Of a stretch of DNA of 64,000 nucleotides, positions 10,534-25,218 are shown piece by piece. The notes beneath the pieces were generated by a model. It saw nothing but the letters and a program-made list of their open reading frames with translations, was not told where the DNA came from and did no database searches. Every line of letters begins with the position of its first letter. Position 1 is the stretch's first letter. The stretch comes from Lama guanicoe (Eukaryota). Made by a program: the position numbers and the translations under genes. Location: assembly GCA_013239625.1 (NCBI GenBank), contig MU053754.1:493379-557378 (forward strand), given 5' to 3'.

Positions 10534-13500
10534 CTGTGGGGAGAAATGCCCTGTCAGCACGTGCCAGTGACACAGCTCCCACCAGGAGAAAGCGAGCCTC
10601 GGTTTCTCAGCAGCACAGCCCCTGCCTTGGAGGGACCCTTACGTTCCTCTTTAGGAGGACTAATCAGATTAGATTTGTTTTGGAAGCAAAGCCAATCTCT
10701 GCATGCCTGTCACTTACCCATAGAACAAGAAAGCTGGACCCAATCAGGAAATCTCTCCAATTGTCTGAAAGCTTTAAATAGACTGCTTTACATAAGAAGT
10801 ACCTAAGTTTTTACTGATGGCCGCGCACAGTAAGAAGCCATGTGTAATTAGATTGGGATTCGGTATCTAATCAGAGTGGGAAGCCACACCACCCCCCCCA
10901 CCACGGGAGGTTCTATCTTTATCCTGAAAGTGGAAACTGGCATTTTCTGCAGCAAACTTAAAAGTAAATAGACCAGCCAGAAACCCTCATGTTTCCACAG
11001 TGGCTCCCAAGTACCTAAGGTCCTCAAGCCGAGAAGAATGAGAAATGGTCTGTAAAGCATGAACAGGACTCAGAGTCTGTGCTTTCAGACCCAAGCCCAG
11101 AGGAGAGGGAGGGACAGAGCAGGTCAGGGGAGCTTCTAGAGGCTTCTACAGAAGTGTGTGCTGAGAAAGGGCTGAAGAAACACATGGCAGTATTCCTTAT
11201 GCTGTCTGAAGGCAGAAGAGCCTCAATCCGTCCTTAAACGGACGTATTAACGTAATCAGCGCTAACAAGTAAGCAAACACAGGACACTGAAGTTCAAATC
11301 CAGTTATATCTACGTTGCAAATGTTCTGCAGCTGCTGTGCCCCAGGGGGAAAGGCCAGTAACTGTTGAAACCCCCTTGCAAAAGAATCTTTTGTGGCAAA
11401 AGCAAGGAGGTGGGGTGAGGAATGAGGGAGGGATAAGCATAAAATGTCCTTAAATCAGTTAAAACCATTCTTTTCTAAGATGTCTTTTTAAAAGTACCAC
11501 ATTATTTACAAAGCCCTTGGCCAACCACCAACTCCCCCACAAAGGGAATAAAAGTAAGTGAATGAAAGGTGAAAAATGTGTTGAAAATCTCTTTCTAGGG
11601 AGTTCCATTTTGGTGGAGGAGACAACCTAAGTAGATCAGATTAAAATGAACCTGACCTGGATAGTTTGCTTAATGTCATTATTTTTAAAAGAACGTAGCA
11701 CATATAATTGTACAATTGTATCATGTGCATTATACAGACACATTCATGTACATCTGTGTATAATGTTTATGTGTGTGTGTACATACACACATATATACAC
11801 ACGTGACTTACACACACAGTCTGAAAAAGGGAGATTTGTAATGAGAAGGCCACCAGATAATCTGGTTTTGTGCCTAACTGTCCTGGAGCTTTTTTTTTTT
11901 TTCCCTGACTGCTTTGGGTTTGGATACCAGTTTCCAGAATAGGTTAGTATCACGAGAGGGAAAAAATTACCTTTCACATTCTCAACAGAACATTCCCCCA
12001 ATGATGTAAAGATTCGCATAGGTTTCATCAAGGGAAATTAAAAGTATGCACCAAGTGTCATTCGGCTTAAATAAGAGCTCATCTGACTTGTCCAACTTAA
12101 GGAAAAGAAGGGCATTCTTGCTCATTAAATTGCAGAGTGTTCTAATTTACCATGGGGCTGATGACTGCGGTTCCAGGGAATTGAAAATCCTTTTTTCCAA
12201 ATTTTGTTCGCTCTTGTTAGCTTTTTGTGATTGGACAAATGACTAGGGAAAACAGATAGCTTATCAAAGGACTTGATTAAATTTTCAGCGTTACTCGCGC
12301 CTCTATTACCGTAACCCCGACAGCTCAGATGCTCTAAAGGCAGTGCCTCTCGCTCCGGATTTATGCTCTCGTGAGCTGTATCACCCCCACCACCACCGTG
12401 CATTCAGGCACGCTGATTCCAGCAAAATTTCTGGAAACTATCACAGCAATCAACGCTCCTCAGTACAAATATTTTATATCTCGTGCACTATGGATAGTTT
12501 AAAATTCTGCATGTTACAGACTCCTGCCCGTGAATTCTCTGGCTGTTTGCTACACATTCCTGAAAGTCATTCCCACATTCCCACCTTGTGGGGCAGCATT
12601 TCCTAAGCAGGGAGCTACTGCTCTGAATCCTAGGATTCCAAAATCTTCCTCAAGAAAAGGAACTCAGGTGGTTCCTCCCATGATGGCTTCACCCTGCGTT
12701 TGTTAGTTTCCAGCACAGAGCACCATCTTCCTCAGAGGAACGGGAAGCCACATGCCTAAAAAATACTCCCAGGCAGAATGTGTTTCAAAATCAAATTTGC
12801 TGCTGGCCCCACAGCTGCCTTCACTTGTCCTGATAATACCCTTTATTCCGATCTCTGACCATATTCTAAACGTGCTCCATGGTAAGTCAGCTGTCTGAGT
12901 CTAGAGAGTTGGGGATAAACAAGTGATCAATAGAAAAGAAAATCTGAAGCCGCAGTCGTGGGGGTAGGGTCCACTGTGGTTGTTCCCTGAGGGTCCCAGC
13001 ACTGAGAACCAGAGTTCACGGAATCATTCTAAAGGGGCAGTGGCACCTGTCACCCCGCAACAGGGCAGGGTTTTCATCAGTCAGCACTGTCAACTTTTCC
13101 TGACACATGATACGTTGTGGGTGCATATGAGGTTTATGACTTCAAGCAACTCTTGTTATATAATTAAAGGGGAAAACTTTAAAACCCAAGGTGGTCGCCT
13201 CTACTGAGAGGACCCATTTGTTCATTCAGAGAGCATTTCCAGAACATCCAGTGTGTGCCTGGATACACATTCCACATGGGGATTTGCTCGAGACAGACCC
13301 TCGACTCACAGCGTCGTTTCCTTCGAGTATTTTGCTCAAAAACCAAGTGAACAGAAAATACTTTTTTGGAAGAATATTGAATGAGAGGTTCAGATACATA
13401 ATTATCATAAATTCATGTAAATACCATGGCACAGAGCCTGTGGGTTTATTCAACAGTTTCTCCTGTATCATTTAATTTGATCTTCACAAGAACCCAGTTG

Positions 13501-13659
13501 GATAGGAAGGTCACGCTGGTAGTATGCTCTGTTTCCTCCTTTTACGGAAAAGGAAACTGAGGAAATGAGAGTGGATCCTCACGCATCTGATAGAAAGTCA
13601 TAATAACAAGAGAAATTTTACTTCTTTCTGGTAAAAGGAATATAGAAGGTAAACTAGTA

Positions 13660-14015
13660 AGGTCCCCCTCCTCAAGTCATGCAGGGCCCAGGTCTTTCTA
13701 GCTCATTATTTGATATGTAAGGTGTGATCTGTGACCTCATGATCCACAATGGCTGCTAGAGCTCTGGTCATCACATCTAAGTTTCAGGCAGCAGGAAGAA
13801 AACAAAGGTATACCACTTCCTTCCTGTAAGTGCCAAAGTAACTCAGCGTACCTCACCTTGGCCAGCACTTGAGTAGGTGGCCACGCCTAGCTGCAAGGGA
13901 AGCTAGGGAACGTGGCCTTTTTGCTTCACAGCAATAGGTCCAGCTAAAAACTGGGGTTCTGTTACTAAGGAGGAAGAGGAAAGTGTATGTTGGAAGAAAC
14001 TAGGAGTGTCTCTCA
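13660..14015 (-). mobile_element. MLT1J/K-like MaLR LTR
   Basis: 'caatggctgctagagctctggtcatcacatctaagtttcaggcagcagga...ggccacgcctagctgcaagggaagctagggaa'. Confidence 0.65.
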
Positions 14016-16097
14016 CCTGCACCCCCTTCATAACAGTCTTTACTATTTAAACAACAGAAGTGTTCAGCTCAGTCTCAGAGCCACTAGGCTTATGGGCTCT
14101 GTTCTAACCTTCCTTCCCTCATCCTTCCCCCCCCCCCGTTTTCTTTCTCTCACTGAGATACTATTTCTACACCCCACCTTCTCAGTCACCACCTCTTAAT
14201 GTATCCATTGCATCAGCAATTCCAACTCTTGGATTCTGACTCCACTTTTCATGATAATATATAATCTCATGAAACCCCTGAGCATTTTGTGTGCATTTTT
14301 TAAAGACACTTAGCCATCTCTGTCGTAATTATTACATATTATAAAGCAACAATGTGATGTAAAATCACTATGTTTCAGTTCATAAAATTAAAGTTCACAA
14401 TCGTAATGTAAGGTTGATTTTGATAGCATCTTTATTCAAAATTGGTATCTAAAGATAAATGAGTATTTTTACTGCTCTAAGAGGGAAAATACATTATGTA
14501 AAATGGGACACCTCTCAGATTTTTAAGTGACAACAAACATATGCTACTTGGTAACTGGGTTTCTGCTAGCTCTGAGACGCAGTATCAAAAATAGGGAAAA
14601 ACCAGGCTTTCCATGAGCTTATGCTTAAGTTACTTTATATTGCTTTAGAAAAATAAATCAGAGCATATTATGTGTCTAACTGGTCACAAAGATGGTTTTA
14701 GCCTGCTGCATATAAGCACATCACTGCAAGTAATGTATCCATGCACATGGCTGATCAACAGCGTCCACACTGGACGTGACGCCCACCCTTGGGTGCCCCA
14801 TCCTTGTGTCTTACACAGCCTCGTCCAGGTACTCCCCCTCCCCCTCCTCCTTGTCCCTTTTAGACAGCCATTCCAGGAGAGACTGGTTTGGACCAAGAAT
14901 CCTGTAAGAAGTGCGGCAAACGGCTGGAAGGACCAGGAAAGCTCAGAACAAGAAAGTCATGAGGACTGATGAGGTCAGAACACAGTTCCCTGATTATGTT
15001 AGCTAAGAGATGTGTAAGACTCAATTCCTTCGCTGTCAGAGCATTAAGTCATTAATCACGGACTCTCTGCTGGGCCTTCAAAGTGGATGAATGGCAGCTA
15101 TTACACACTTTCCGTGTGCACGTTTATGCATGCATGCATACAACGTAAACTGAAAACAAATGGCACTTATCCATCCATAAATATGTGCCTGATCTTGAGT
15201 AGGTGTTAAATAGATACTGTATCTGAGTGTAAAATGCTTCTCTTCTTTGTGTGTCCAACAGATGCTGTGTTTGGTTATAAAGTACTTAGCTCTGGTGTGT
15301 GTTACATAGACACTGTCTGATTACAAAAGGCCTGTCTCGGTTGAGTGTTAGGTAGACACCAAGTTTGGTTATGCAGTGAGTGCACGCCGTGGAGCGGGCT
15401 GGGGTAGGATGGTGGACATTCAGTAAGAACCTGGTGCAGGGTGAGAAGGGAGCTGGCCGAAACGCCCTCGGGCAGTGCTGACAGCAGGCTGCTGGTGCGC
15501 GCTCTCCTCTGAATGTCTCTAAGGCCTCCTGCCTTCAGGGCCAGGCGCCAGAGAAGACAGCTCTCCTGTCTTCTCTGGCTGTTTCTGCCCATCCTGGACA
15601 GACACATCTTGGCAAGTGAAGGCCTGGCTGCCCAGCAGGGAACCCTCGGGGAGGGATGGAATGACGTGTGTGTGTGTGTGTGTGTGTCGGGGCGGTGGGG
15701 GAGCACACCTGTGGGGCGACCTGATGTCTTCCCCCCCCCCCGTCAGTGCCATTCTGCTCCTAGCTCTTTACAGAAGGGGCTGTGAATAGAACTTTATTAT
15801 GTATATTTTTAAAACATCTTTTGCTCCTTTATATATTTAAAAATAAGGGTAGTTTTTCTTAACAGATGAAAAAAAAGAGAGACAGCATCCCCATCAATCA
15901 CTTTCAATCTCAAGATGTTGACAATAAAGTACCCCAGCCCTTGTACTTCTTTTCTGCTCAACAGAAACTAAACCATTTATGGAAAAAAAGACATATAAGC
16001 TGAGTTGGAGCCACCAAAATAATGATAAAACTATGTCTCTCAAAGGGAACATATTAACAAGGGAAGCACTGCTAATTCGTGGGTTAGAAGAACATAC

Positions 16098-16163
16098 CTG
16101 CCCTCTGTACTCCACTGGTTTCAGCCCTGCGTACACCGGCACGAAGCTGCTCGCTAAAAGCAC
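16098..16163 (-). CDS. PNPLA4: PNPLA4 fourth coding exon (66 nt)
   Basis: ccAG|GTG CTT TTA GCG AGC AGC... = VLLASSFVPVYAGLKPVEYRGQ, then CAG|GTATGT. Confidence 0.97.
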
Positions 16164-17669
16164 CTGGATGGGGAAAGAAACAGCTCGTCAAAACAGGCAC
16201 TGCCACTCATACAATGGATTTCCCAGGTTATTTACTATGAAATCAAAAATTGTTAAACACACAAAAATTTACTATAAAAAAATGGAATGAATACGACCAT
16301 TATGTCAAGCACACAACGGGACACACCTCAACAGAAGATAATATATTTCGTATCGGGAAAGACCTGAGAGAGCTACGTACAATCACGTTCTCTGACTCCA
16401 CCGGCTTCCCCGGGGTGAAATCGGCTCTTAGACTGTAGACAGCCGAGTCATCGCAGAACCCCAGTCCACGGAAGTCTAAGCTCTTGAGTGTGTGTAGGTT
16501 ACAAATAAGTTGTTTACCATGTTCTACCCTACCTTGTCAGAATCATTTTCTAGTTTCCTCTATGTTCCAGAGGCACAAAGCCCTCTGGGTACCACAGGGG
16601 AGATGAGTCTGCAGCTCAGGGATGTTCTAATTTATGTCACCAGGATGTCGCTGGGGGAGGAACGCACTTGATGAGCTAGCGACACGGCCTGGATACATAA
16701 TGAGGCCGTGGCAGGTCGGGGCACCAACTATACTTTATCTTCTGTTTAAAAAGTCAGAAAAGATCACCCTTTAAAATATGACCATTTCTTCCTACAGGAG
16801 CAGCTGGGCTCTGGGAGCTTTTCTGACATGAACATGTTTTATTTTGCAGTGTGGTTTCCAAATCGCTAGGGTGCTTTTTGGAAAGATACAGCCTTAGATA
16901 CGGAATGTTTAAGCTATTATCTTTCAGCCGATAAGGGAAGACTCTATGGCTGTTGGCTGTCAAAGATTTCATGAGATTTTTTTCCCAGCATATATTATCC
17001 AGAAATGGATTATGGCCCCAAAATTGATTTGGAAATCATCCATTCAGAACTGTCTAGAAGTCAGAGGGTATTTTCTCCAAAGAAACAATGTTATAGGTTT
17101 GATTGCTGAGGTCAGTTCTCAAAAGCTGATTTATTCTGAACCGCAACTAAGCACCAGACCCAGTCACCAGGATAACAGGACTTCTAGAGGACAGGACAGT
17201 CCCCTCTGGGTGGCCACCTGACCCAGCTGCACTATGACACACCTGGGACGTGGCCCAGGCCTGCGATGGTTACTCCTCTAATGTGTCTCTTGTCTCCTTG
17301 CACCAGAGATCCCGGCGACAGGAAAGGGTCCGCCCCTCTTCCACGGGGTGACACAGCAGACACCCCTTGGCACCTCCCCTTCCCCATGGTATGGATGAGA
17401 CCCCCGACGCCTCCCCCGCTGTCAGCAGCAGGAGGAGCTGCATCCTCCCAGGTTGCTGGTGCACACTGAGTGCCAGGGAACAGGGCTGCAATGCAACAGC
17501 TCCCTTGGAAACGGGTTCCTGCCAGGCGACCCGAGGAGCATCTGGGGCATCAGGTTTAGTAGAAGCAAACTCAGAAGTGCCAAAGCACATCACGGGGCCT
17601 CCAGCAGGAGGGAAGAAGGGACAAAGGCCTGTGTTGCTGCACACCTGTGCGGTGCCAGCCTGCTGCTGG

Positions 17670-17785
17670 GTGCCAGAATCAGCTACACAAGATGGGGGCC
17701 CAGTGGGAACTGAGAATGGAAGTGCTAAGAACTGTAAGGTGTGGTGAGCAGAGCAGTAAATCAAAGTACAATGACAACCCTGCAC
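17670..17785 (-). mobile_element. MER45-like hAT-Tip100 relic
   Basis: 'cagctacacaagatgggggcccagtg...gagcagagcagtaaatcaaag' resembles the reverse complement of MER45A. Confidence 0.45.
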
Positions 17786-18446
17786 AAGATTCTGAACCTT
17801 CTAAGAGGAAGGGTCAGAGCACACTGCCCTTGCCTAGGCATTCATTTCAAAACCTCAGCTTCATTGTGGGGAGGGACAGAACAGGGCGACACTGCGCCAT
17901 CCACAGCCCTTCCGCAAACACAAAGCAGGAGTGAGAATCCCCTCTGGTGATTTGTGCAAAGCTGTGTCAATCAGTGGGGCAGATGAAAGGGAGACCAAGC
18001 ACACTCAGGCCCCACCTTGCCACCCCCCGGAAGCCACGCCACGGACAGCTGAGTGTTTCTCAGAGCAAGGCTGCTTACAGTTACGGTCACGGCCTTCACC
18101 CTGACCAATCTGGCCCCCTCATCAATTGACTGCTCCTTTAAAAAGTAATTACAGATCCCAGGTATGTTTTGCAAGCACAAGGCAGCTGTTTAATGAAGTT
18201 ATTTGGCAAAATGCAGCATCGCACCGTAGCAGTCACTGGAACAATTTGTGCACGGTACACGATTGTGAAACAACAGTATTGAGACGTCTTTAACCAACCA
18301 AAGACGCTCTATAAATGTAATGGCTTTTTTCACTATGCCACACAGACACATGGCCTGCAAAAAAACCCCACTACCCTTAGAAACAGAATTATGTGAGTTT
18401 TCCCACCTGTGTCAAAGTATAACGTAAAGTTCGCAAGTTAACGCTC

Positions 18447-18837
18447 GGACCTTGCTGTTTATCTATTTTCTGTATAGTAGTGTGTGTCTGCAAATCCCAA
18501 ACTCCCAAGGGATCCCTTCCCACTCCCTTTTGCTCCTGGTAACCGTAAGTTTGTTTTCTATGTCTGTGAGTCTGTTTCTGTTTTGTAAGTAAGTTCATTT
18601 GTGTCATTTTTTTTTTTAGATTCCTCATATAAATGATATCATATGGTATTTTCCTTTCTCTTCCTGGCTTCCTTCACTTAATATGACAATATTCAGTAAC
18701 TTGTAACAGCCTATAATGAAAAAGAATATGAAAAGGAATACATATATATATATATATCACAAAACTGAATCACTACACTGTACACCAGAAATTAACACAA
18801 TGATGTAAATCAAATATACTTCAACTTAAAAAAAAAA
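18447..18837 (+). mobile_element. 5'-inverted (twin-primed) truncated L1
   Basis: 18447-~18690 is antisense L1 3' UTR ('ggaccttgctgtttatctattttctgtatagtag...tagattcctcatataaatgatatcatatggtatt'). It is joined to a sense terminal segment ~18690-18837 ending in poly(A). Confidence 0.8.
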
Positions 18838-20189
18838 CCACTTAACACTTGGCACTCTTTTGAGGTGTTTAAATGAAAAATGCTGTCCAGTTACTTTTCT
18901 AAAGATAATAACAGTCCTCTGAAGTGACGGGAAGAGTGCAGTGAGCTGAAAATCCCTGTCACTCCCCCCAGAATCAATGCATTTGTTCTGTCATAGTTTA
19001 TATGGGCTGGTGATTTGTATACCAAACTAAGGTTGGTGGGAAAATTAGCTTTCAGTACTTAAGACTAAGGGGCTTTTCTTATTTGTCATCAGCTTATGGC
19101 CATTTTATTGCCAGCTAATAGGGTTTTCTGGGGGGAAGACAAAGACAGACAGTCGAGGGACAGTTCAGGAAATACTATGCCTGGTTTGGGTGGAGGACAG
19201 TGACACAGAAAGCAGTGGCCTACTGTCCACGCACCATAGCTTGGTCCAGCACTTGAGGCATTCCACGAGTGTCAAACCACCCATTTGGTTTTTGTCTCCT
19301 TCTCATCAAATACACAATGATAAAAATCAAAGTTAGCGGCTTCCTGCAGCAACTGTGCACAACATGGCCGAGTGCCTATTCAATACACGTTCAGACTAGC
19401 TCTTTTCATTTTACAATTTATAGAAAAGGAGTGTTTAGAAAATTATGTGGCCTGGCTTCCTCGGAGAATAAATTCTCAACAACTCTCATTTATGCCTGAA
19501 GTTTACTGTGGAGTTAACGAGAATCTGGCTGTTTATTCAGAACCTGCTGGTGTTGTTGAAATTCAAAGCCAGATTCAAATGTATCTTTCCCAGTCTTCCC
19601 AAGATAAAGACCAATCTTAAATTCAGACCTTAGTTCCCCTCCACTGAGGCTAAATGTGAGGTCTTGCTGTAAGAGCGTTCTCGCTGCGTGCGAGGAAATT
19701 TAGGACCACATAGCAATGGATACGGGGTTCTTCCTCCCAAGAGGGACACCAGTCTGCATGAACGCTTTCCTGGGAGTGTCTATCAAAGAGCATTCCCGAA
19801 CGTCAAAAGACCGTCTCAACACACATACTTGGTTTATCAGTTTGAAACACAAATTCAGAGATTTGTACCATTTGCAACAAGAGACAGAACACCACCACTC
19901 TACGGCATGGTTAATTTCAAAATCACTTCTGCTCAGCTGTAGGGGTGACATGGGACTTTCTTTGAAATAAAGAATTTACTTCCCTAAGCATGCTTTGCTG
20001 AAGGCTGATATTAAAAGCTGTTTGGATTTCCTGATTGCGTGTTTTCTTCTGAAGAAAAATAGCCCAAAATAAAATCTGGAACTTAAAACCAACCAGTTGA
20101 TCTACAAGAGATATACACTTGGACATTCAGGGGACAATAACTAAAGGGGCCCACAAATAAAGGCATGGCTAAGTGCCCATGACAAGTGT

Positions 20190-21389
20190 TTGCCTCTGTA
20201 CCTGGGTCTCCTGCCAGAGGCTCCCCAGAGCTGGAATCACTGCTCTACAGGCTGGGGTCATGGGGTGATGTGGGGGGTGGGGGCTGGCCCCAGCCTCACA
20301 GCTCTGCTGGGCCTGGCCCTAGTGGGAGGTCTCTGCAGTGGCCCCGTGCTGGCTGGGGCCCTTGCACTCTGGGCATCTGACTTAAGGAGCCGCCCGGAAG
20401 GTCTCTGAATTGCCTTCCTCCCTGTCTGGAACAATAGGTCCAGGCTAGTCTAGAGGGCTGACTAACCTTATCTCCTTATCAGATGGGTATCTGGCCACAT
20501 GGACACACCTTTCCTGTTGGGTTCTCAACAAGCTCTCTCATGCTTTCCAGTTATGGGCTGAGAATGTTCCAAATCTTTAAGTAAGTCATTTCTGACTTCT
20601 TGTATTTTACTATAAGCAGTCAAGAGAAACCAGGCTGCACCTTTAACACTTTGCTTAGAAATTGCCTCAAACATCCAATGTCGTCGCTCACAAGTTCGAC
20701 CTTCCACAAGACACTGGGACACGAACATAACTCAGCTATTCTTTGCCAGTTTACAACAAGGATGGCCTCCGCTGCCTGGTAACACTTCCTCATTTCCATC
20801 AGAGACCTCATCAATATGGCCTTGACCACCCACATTTCTCCAAGAAGACGGAGGCTGTCTCAATGGCTTACTGGTTTCTTTCCGAGTCCTCCCCAGAACC
20901 ACCTACATACAGCAATGCAGGCTTTATCTAGCAGGTCCCTCAAAACACTTTGGGCCTCTGCCCCGTTACTGAGTTCCAAAGCCACTTCCACAGTTAGGTT
21001 CAGCAGCGTCCTCACCTCTCAGTCACAATTTACTATCTGACAGCAGCCCCATGAAACAGCAGACTCATGAAAACACCATGGACCAGGTGGTTTGAAAATA
21101 ACAGAAATTTCTCACAGTTCTAGAAGCTCACACGTCCAAGATCAAGGGGCTGGCAGATTCAGTGTCTGCTGAGAATTCACTTCTGTGCCCTCACAAGGTG
21201 GGAGGGGTGAGGGAGCTCTCTGGGGCCTCTTTTATAGGGGCACTAATTCCATTCATGAAGCCTCCACCCTCATGATCTCATCACCCCCCAAAGACTCCAC
21301 CTCCTAATACTGTCATGTTGGGGGGTTAGGACTTCAACATAGGAATCTGGCGGGTTGAGGGTGTGGACACAAACATTCAGACCATAGCA
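20190..21389 (-). mobile_element. MaLR internal fragment plus MLT1A-like LTR
   Basis: MLT-int-like sequence ('ccaggctgcacctttaacactttgcttagaaatt...ttccaaagccacttccaca') is followed by an LTR at ~21035-21389 ending 'ggacacaaacattcagaccatagca'. Confidence 0.8.
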
Positions 21390-22979
21390 GGGCGTTAACT
21401 TACCATGGACATAAGATGCAGAATACTATGGAAATCCAATCCCGAATAAAACTAATCTTTGGACCACATAATTGGTCAACAGAGGTTCTCAGAAAACAGT
21501 TGGGTATCATTGCAGCTACCAAATGGGATTCATTTTTGCATGCCACCAAAAGTGAAATTAAAGTAATTTTAGTATGAATTACAACACAAAGGCACATTTA
21601 AAAAAAAAGGCCAATTGTAAAGAGGTATAAAATCAAATGCCTAAAGGCAGCAAAACTCAGTAATAATCCTTTTCCTGAGATTTTATAGATGTAGGTGAGC
21701 ACGTTGCTCATGAACAAAGATGAAGAGGGGTAAAAGGATAAAGTGTTTAAGAAAGGGTAAATCCTATGCAGCCTGCAGAAAGCTAGGACTTTAAAATTTC
21801 ATGACGGACTCACACAGGGGTGTAAACCAGTCATGAGCATGCCTTATTATCTTATCCATTCAGTGTTTACTAAATATTGGCTGTAATTATCATATTAGAG
21901 GGCTGGACTGTTTCAAACCCACTTTTTACATGACTTTTCCAATTTACTCCCCATGGTAACACTGATTAGCTTCGTGTCTCCATTTCACAGTTGAGAAAAC
22001 TGAGGCTCAAACATCACCAGTCTCAGAGGACACCGTGGAGAGCGACAGACCTAAACACGAACACTGGGGCATGCATATAAAACCAGAGATAACCCAAGAC
22101 AGCGTAACAGCAGACACATACTTTAAGATGCAGGTTTCTAGCTGGATTTTCACGTACACGGACACCCTATCTGTAATAAGAGGCAGCAGTCAGCTGGTGG
22201 GTAATGAAGAGCCTGGCATTAAAAAAAAATCTAGTAATTAACAGAACAGATGAGCCATCGATAAAAGTCACCAGTATTGAATGCCCTCTCCCATTCCTTT
22301 ACTAGCTACCAACAGGTACCCGACACTTGCTACCTCTGGCTTTCATCTTAGTCTCTGTCTCCCACCCACGACTCTCCAGACAGTGGAGGTGAAAACCCAG
22401 GCTGAGGGGACAGAGCCGGCAGGAGTCCCCGGGGGACTCCAGTTACACACTGTGGCTGCTTCTACTCTTGGCTTCTGGAACTCAGGGCCCTCCACGCTCC
22501 AGCTGAGGAAGCGGGGGGCGTGGCAGGGGCTCTCTTCTCTCGCCCACACTGACCCAGGCGGCCTGAGCGACCACCTCGCATAGCGTTCTCCACCGGCCTC
22601 TGTCGTCAGAGCAGAGAAGGTCGCACCCAGAGTGGGGTGGGGGGTAGTCTACCTTCCCTTCATGCTTTTCCCTTTTTCCTCCTGTAGTCTTTGCCAGTCT
22701 TCCTCTTTGAACTGCCTGCTTCCTGAGAATGCGGGCAGATGTTTCACGCGTTTTCACAGCCGCCATCTGCTGTCAAGGAACCTACACCCTTCCTCACACG
22801 AGTTCTGAACAAGGTTAGAGCCTCTCTACACGTTAATTATTCAATTATTCTCCCTACGAGGCGTTATACATTTGTGTCAACTGTTTCTCTTCTGTTCAGT
22901 GAACTCAATTACACCAATTCTCTGAATAGTTATTATCCAAAACAAAGCAAATTAAAAAAAAAAGTCGTGTTTACTCACT

Positions 22980-23795
22980 GCAGTCATTCGCTATTGCTGC
23001 TATAACAAGTTACAACTAAGAGGCTTTAAAAACACCAGTGTGCGACCCAGGGACCTGGAGGTAAGGGTCCAGGATGGGTCTCACTCGGGGAGAAAAATCC
23101 AGGTGTTCTCAGAGGGCTCTAGAGGAGACTTGCCTTTCTGCTCATCCCAGCACTGCTAGAATTCAGTTCCACTGGCTGTAGGACTGAGGTCCCTCTGCCT
23201 TGCTGGCCGTCAGAGGGGAGAACCCCCAGTGCCCTCCTCCCACGGAGGCTCCTGCATCTCAGCACCGGCAGACGTCTCCATTTTTAACACGCTGATGGCC
23301 ATGCCACCCAAATCTGAGTGACAGCTGTGTTTCCTCAAGGGCCCTGTCACCCATGTATTGGCAATGCTTTCCTTCATCCAATTGTATGGAATTTATTCTG
23401 AACTTATCCTCTGCAGAATAATGACATTCCAAGAAGAAATAAAGCCGTAAAGAGGTTGAAAATTGAAAGTAAGAAATTACTTTTTAAAACAATTCCAGTT
23501 ATACTGGAAAAAGAAACACATTAACTATACAGACATATATCGTTGAGTGTGTCACACTGCAGTGAAGTGTGAATCTGGGTCCCATGGGAAACACACCCAC
23601 ACCACAGTGGGTCATCTACGTTCAAGGAGACACGTGCTTAGTTTAGGTATGCGCAGATAACCCGGGATCAGCTCCACGTCTCAAGACCCTCACCTAAACC
23701 ACATCTACACAACCCTCTGGCCATGGGCATGCCGTATCCACAGTCCTGGGGGTTAGGGGGTGGGCCTCCTTTGGGGACAGTATTCAGCTGACCAC
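22980..23795 (-). mobile_element. MLT1-family LTR, interrupted at ~23290-23600
   Basis: 'tattgctgctataacaagttac...ggctctagaggaga...ggctgtaggactgaggtccc' and, after the interruption, 'ctcaagaccctcacctaaaccacatctac...ggggacagtattcagctgaccaca'. Confidence 0.6.
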
Positions 23796-25087
23796 ACGCC
23801 CACATACAAGCCGCTGATAAGAGGATGACTTTATCCACGTGGGGGCAGGTGAGGGATATGAAGAAGCATGTTAGTCACCTGGACTGTCGTCCCAGCTGCA
23901 CCACTGACTAGCTGGATTATTTTGTCCAGGTCACTGGACTTGAAGGATCCACCGTCTTTGTTCTTTGAATAGATGACACCTTAGTTCATCGATATATTCA
24001 TTCTCTGAACACCTGCTGACAGAGCTGGCACCGTGCCAGGTGCTGGGAAGACAGCAGTGGACAGAACAGAGCACTCCCTGGCCCGCCCCCTTCATTCCAG
24101 GGCAGGCAGACAAAAGCCAAGTCAATAAAGCAGTAAAACACGTAGTATGCCGAACACTAATGAGTAAATCTGGGTGGGACCCAGAGAATGGCAGGGGCTC
24201 TGCCACCGTAGGGAGAGCAGCCCCAGGCAGACGCAATAAAAAGCTAGTTTAAAATAACTGGGAGTGGAGTCCCCCTCTTGTTCTGTGATAGGATGACAGT
24301 GTCTCGTTCCCTCACAAAGCGGAAGAGGCATTCCAACCCACCGCTAGCCTGACGTGCCTGTCTGGGCACTGACAGCTTGTGGCTATTCAGGCATGGAACA
24401 CCAGCTTCCCCTCTCCCCGGCTGCAGGTCTACACAAGGCGGGAACCACATTAGAGAAGATAGCTTTTCCTAAGATAGAACGACCCTTAGTGTGTAAGTGA
24501 GAGACTGGCGTAATTGGTACACCGAGTGAAAATATTCTAATCTCTGAAGTCACTAAGTAATTGCACTTGTCAGTTCAACGTTTCATTAGGCATTTCAAAT
24601 CATATCATTCAGATGTGAAATTTGAATAGTAAGATTCAATAGTAAAAAAATCAACGCATTTATCATCTAATTCAGGGGGAACTTTGAACGCTCACCCTCA
24701 ATCCATCAGCTTCGGCGCTATCTACACACGCCTTCTCTGCACCACCTGAGGTTTACAAGGATTCTCGCAAAAGGAAGACAAAAAAACCGCCTGGCTTTTC
24801 CAAGAGAAGTGCACCTTCTCCTGTTCACAAATATTTAATGTGGTACCTTCGCAAGTACATTGTTATTTGCAGATCAGCTGAAGTATTCCCCAGAGACAAT
24901 AAATTCTCAACCAACTAACCTTTCATGTGTGCTTGGATCAAAAGGCATCAAAACAAAATGGAGGAAATGATAGGGAACATTAGACTGAAAAGATACGAGA
25001 CCTGGATTCCCGCTAGCAATCAGTACACCCCCCAGGTGACTTGCATAACATCTTTCCATCTATTTCTTCTGTTAAAAAAAAAACACA

Positions 25088-25190
25088 GGGGGTGGGGGTG
25101 GGGGTGGGGTCCAGCTCAGTGGAACAGCGCGAGCTTAGCATGCACGAGGTCCTGGGTTCAATCAATCCTCAGTACCGCCGTTAAAAAAAT
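25088..25190 (+). mobile_element. tRNA-Ala-derived SINE (camelid vic-1 type)
   Basis: 'agctcagtggaacagcgcgagcttagcatgcacgaggtcctgggttcaatc...cagtacc' plus an A-rich tail; the head is expanded to (GGGGGT)n. Confidence 0.8.
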
Positions 25191-25218
25191 TAAGAGAGAG
25201 AAAACAAGAAAAGCAACA

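Noticed and set aside
10270..10806. 178-aa plus-strand ORF
   Set aside because: It is the antisense shadow of a GC-rich PNPLA4 exon and has no recognisable homology.
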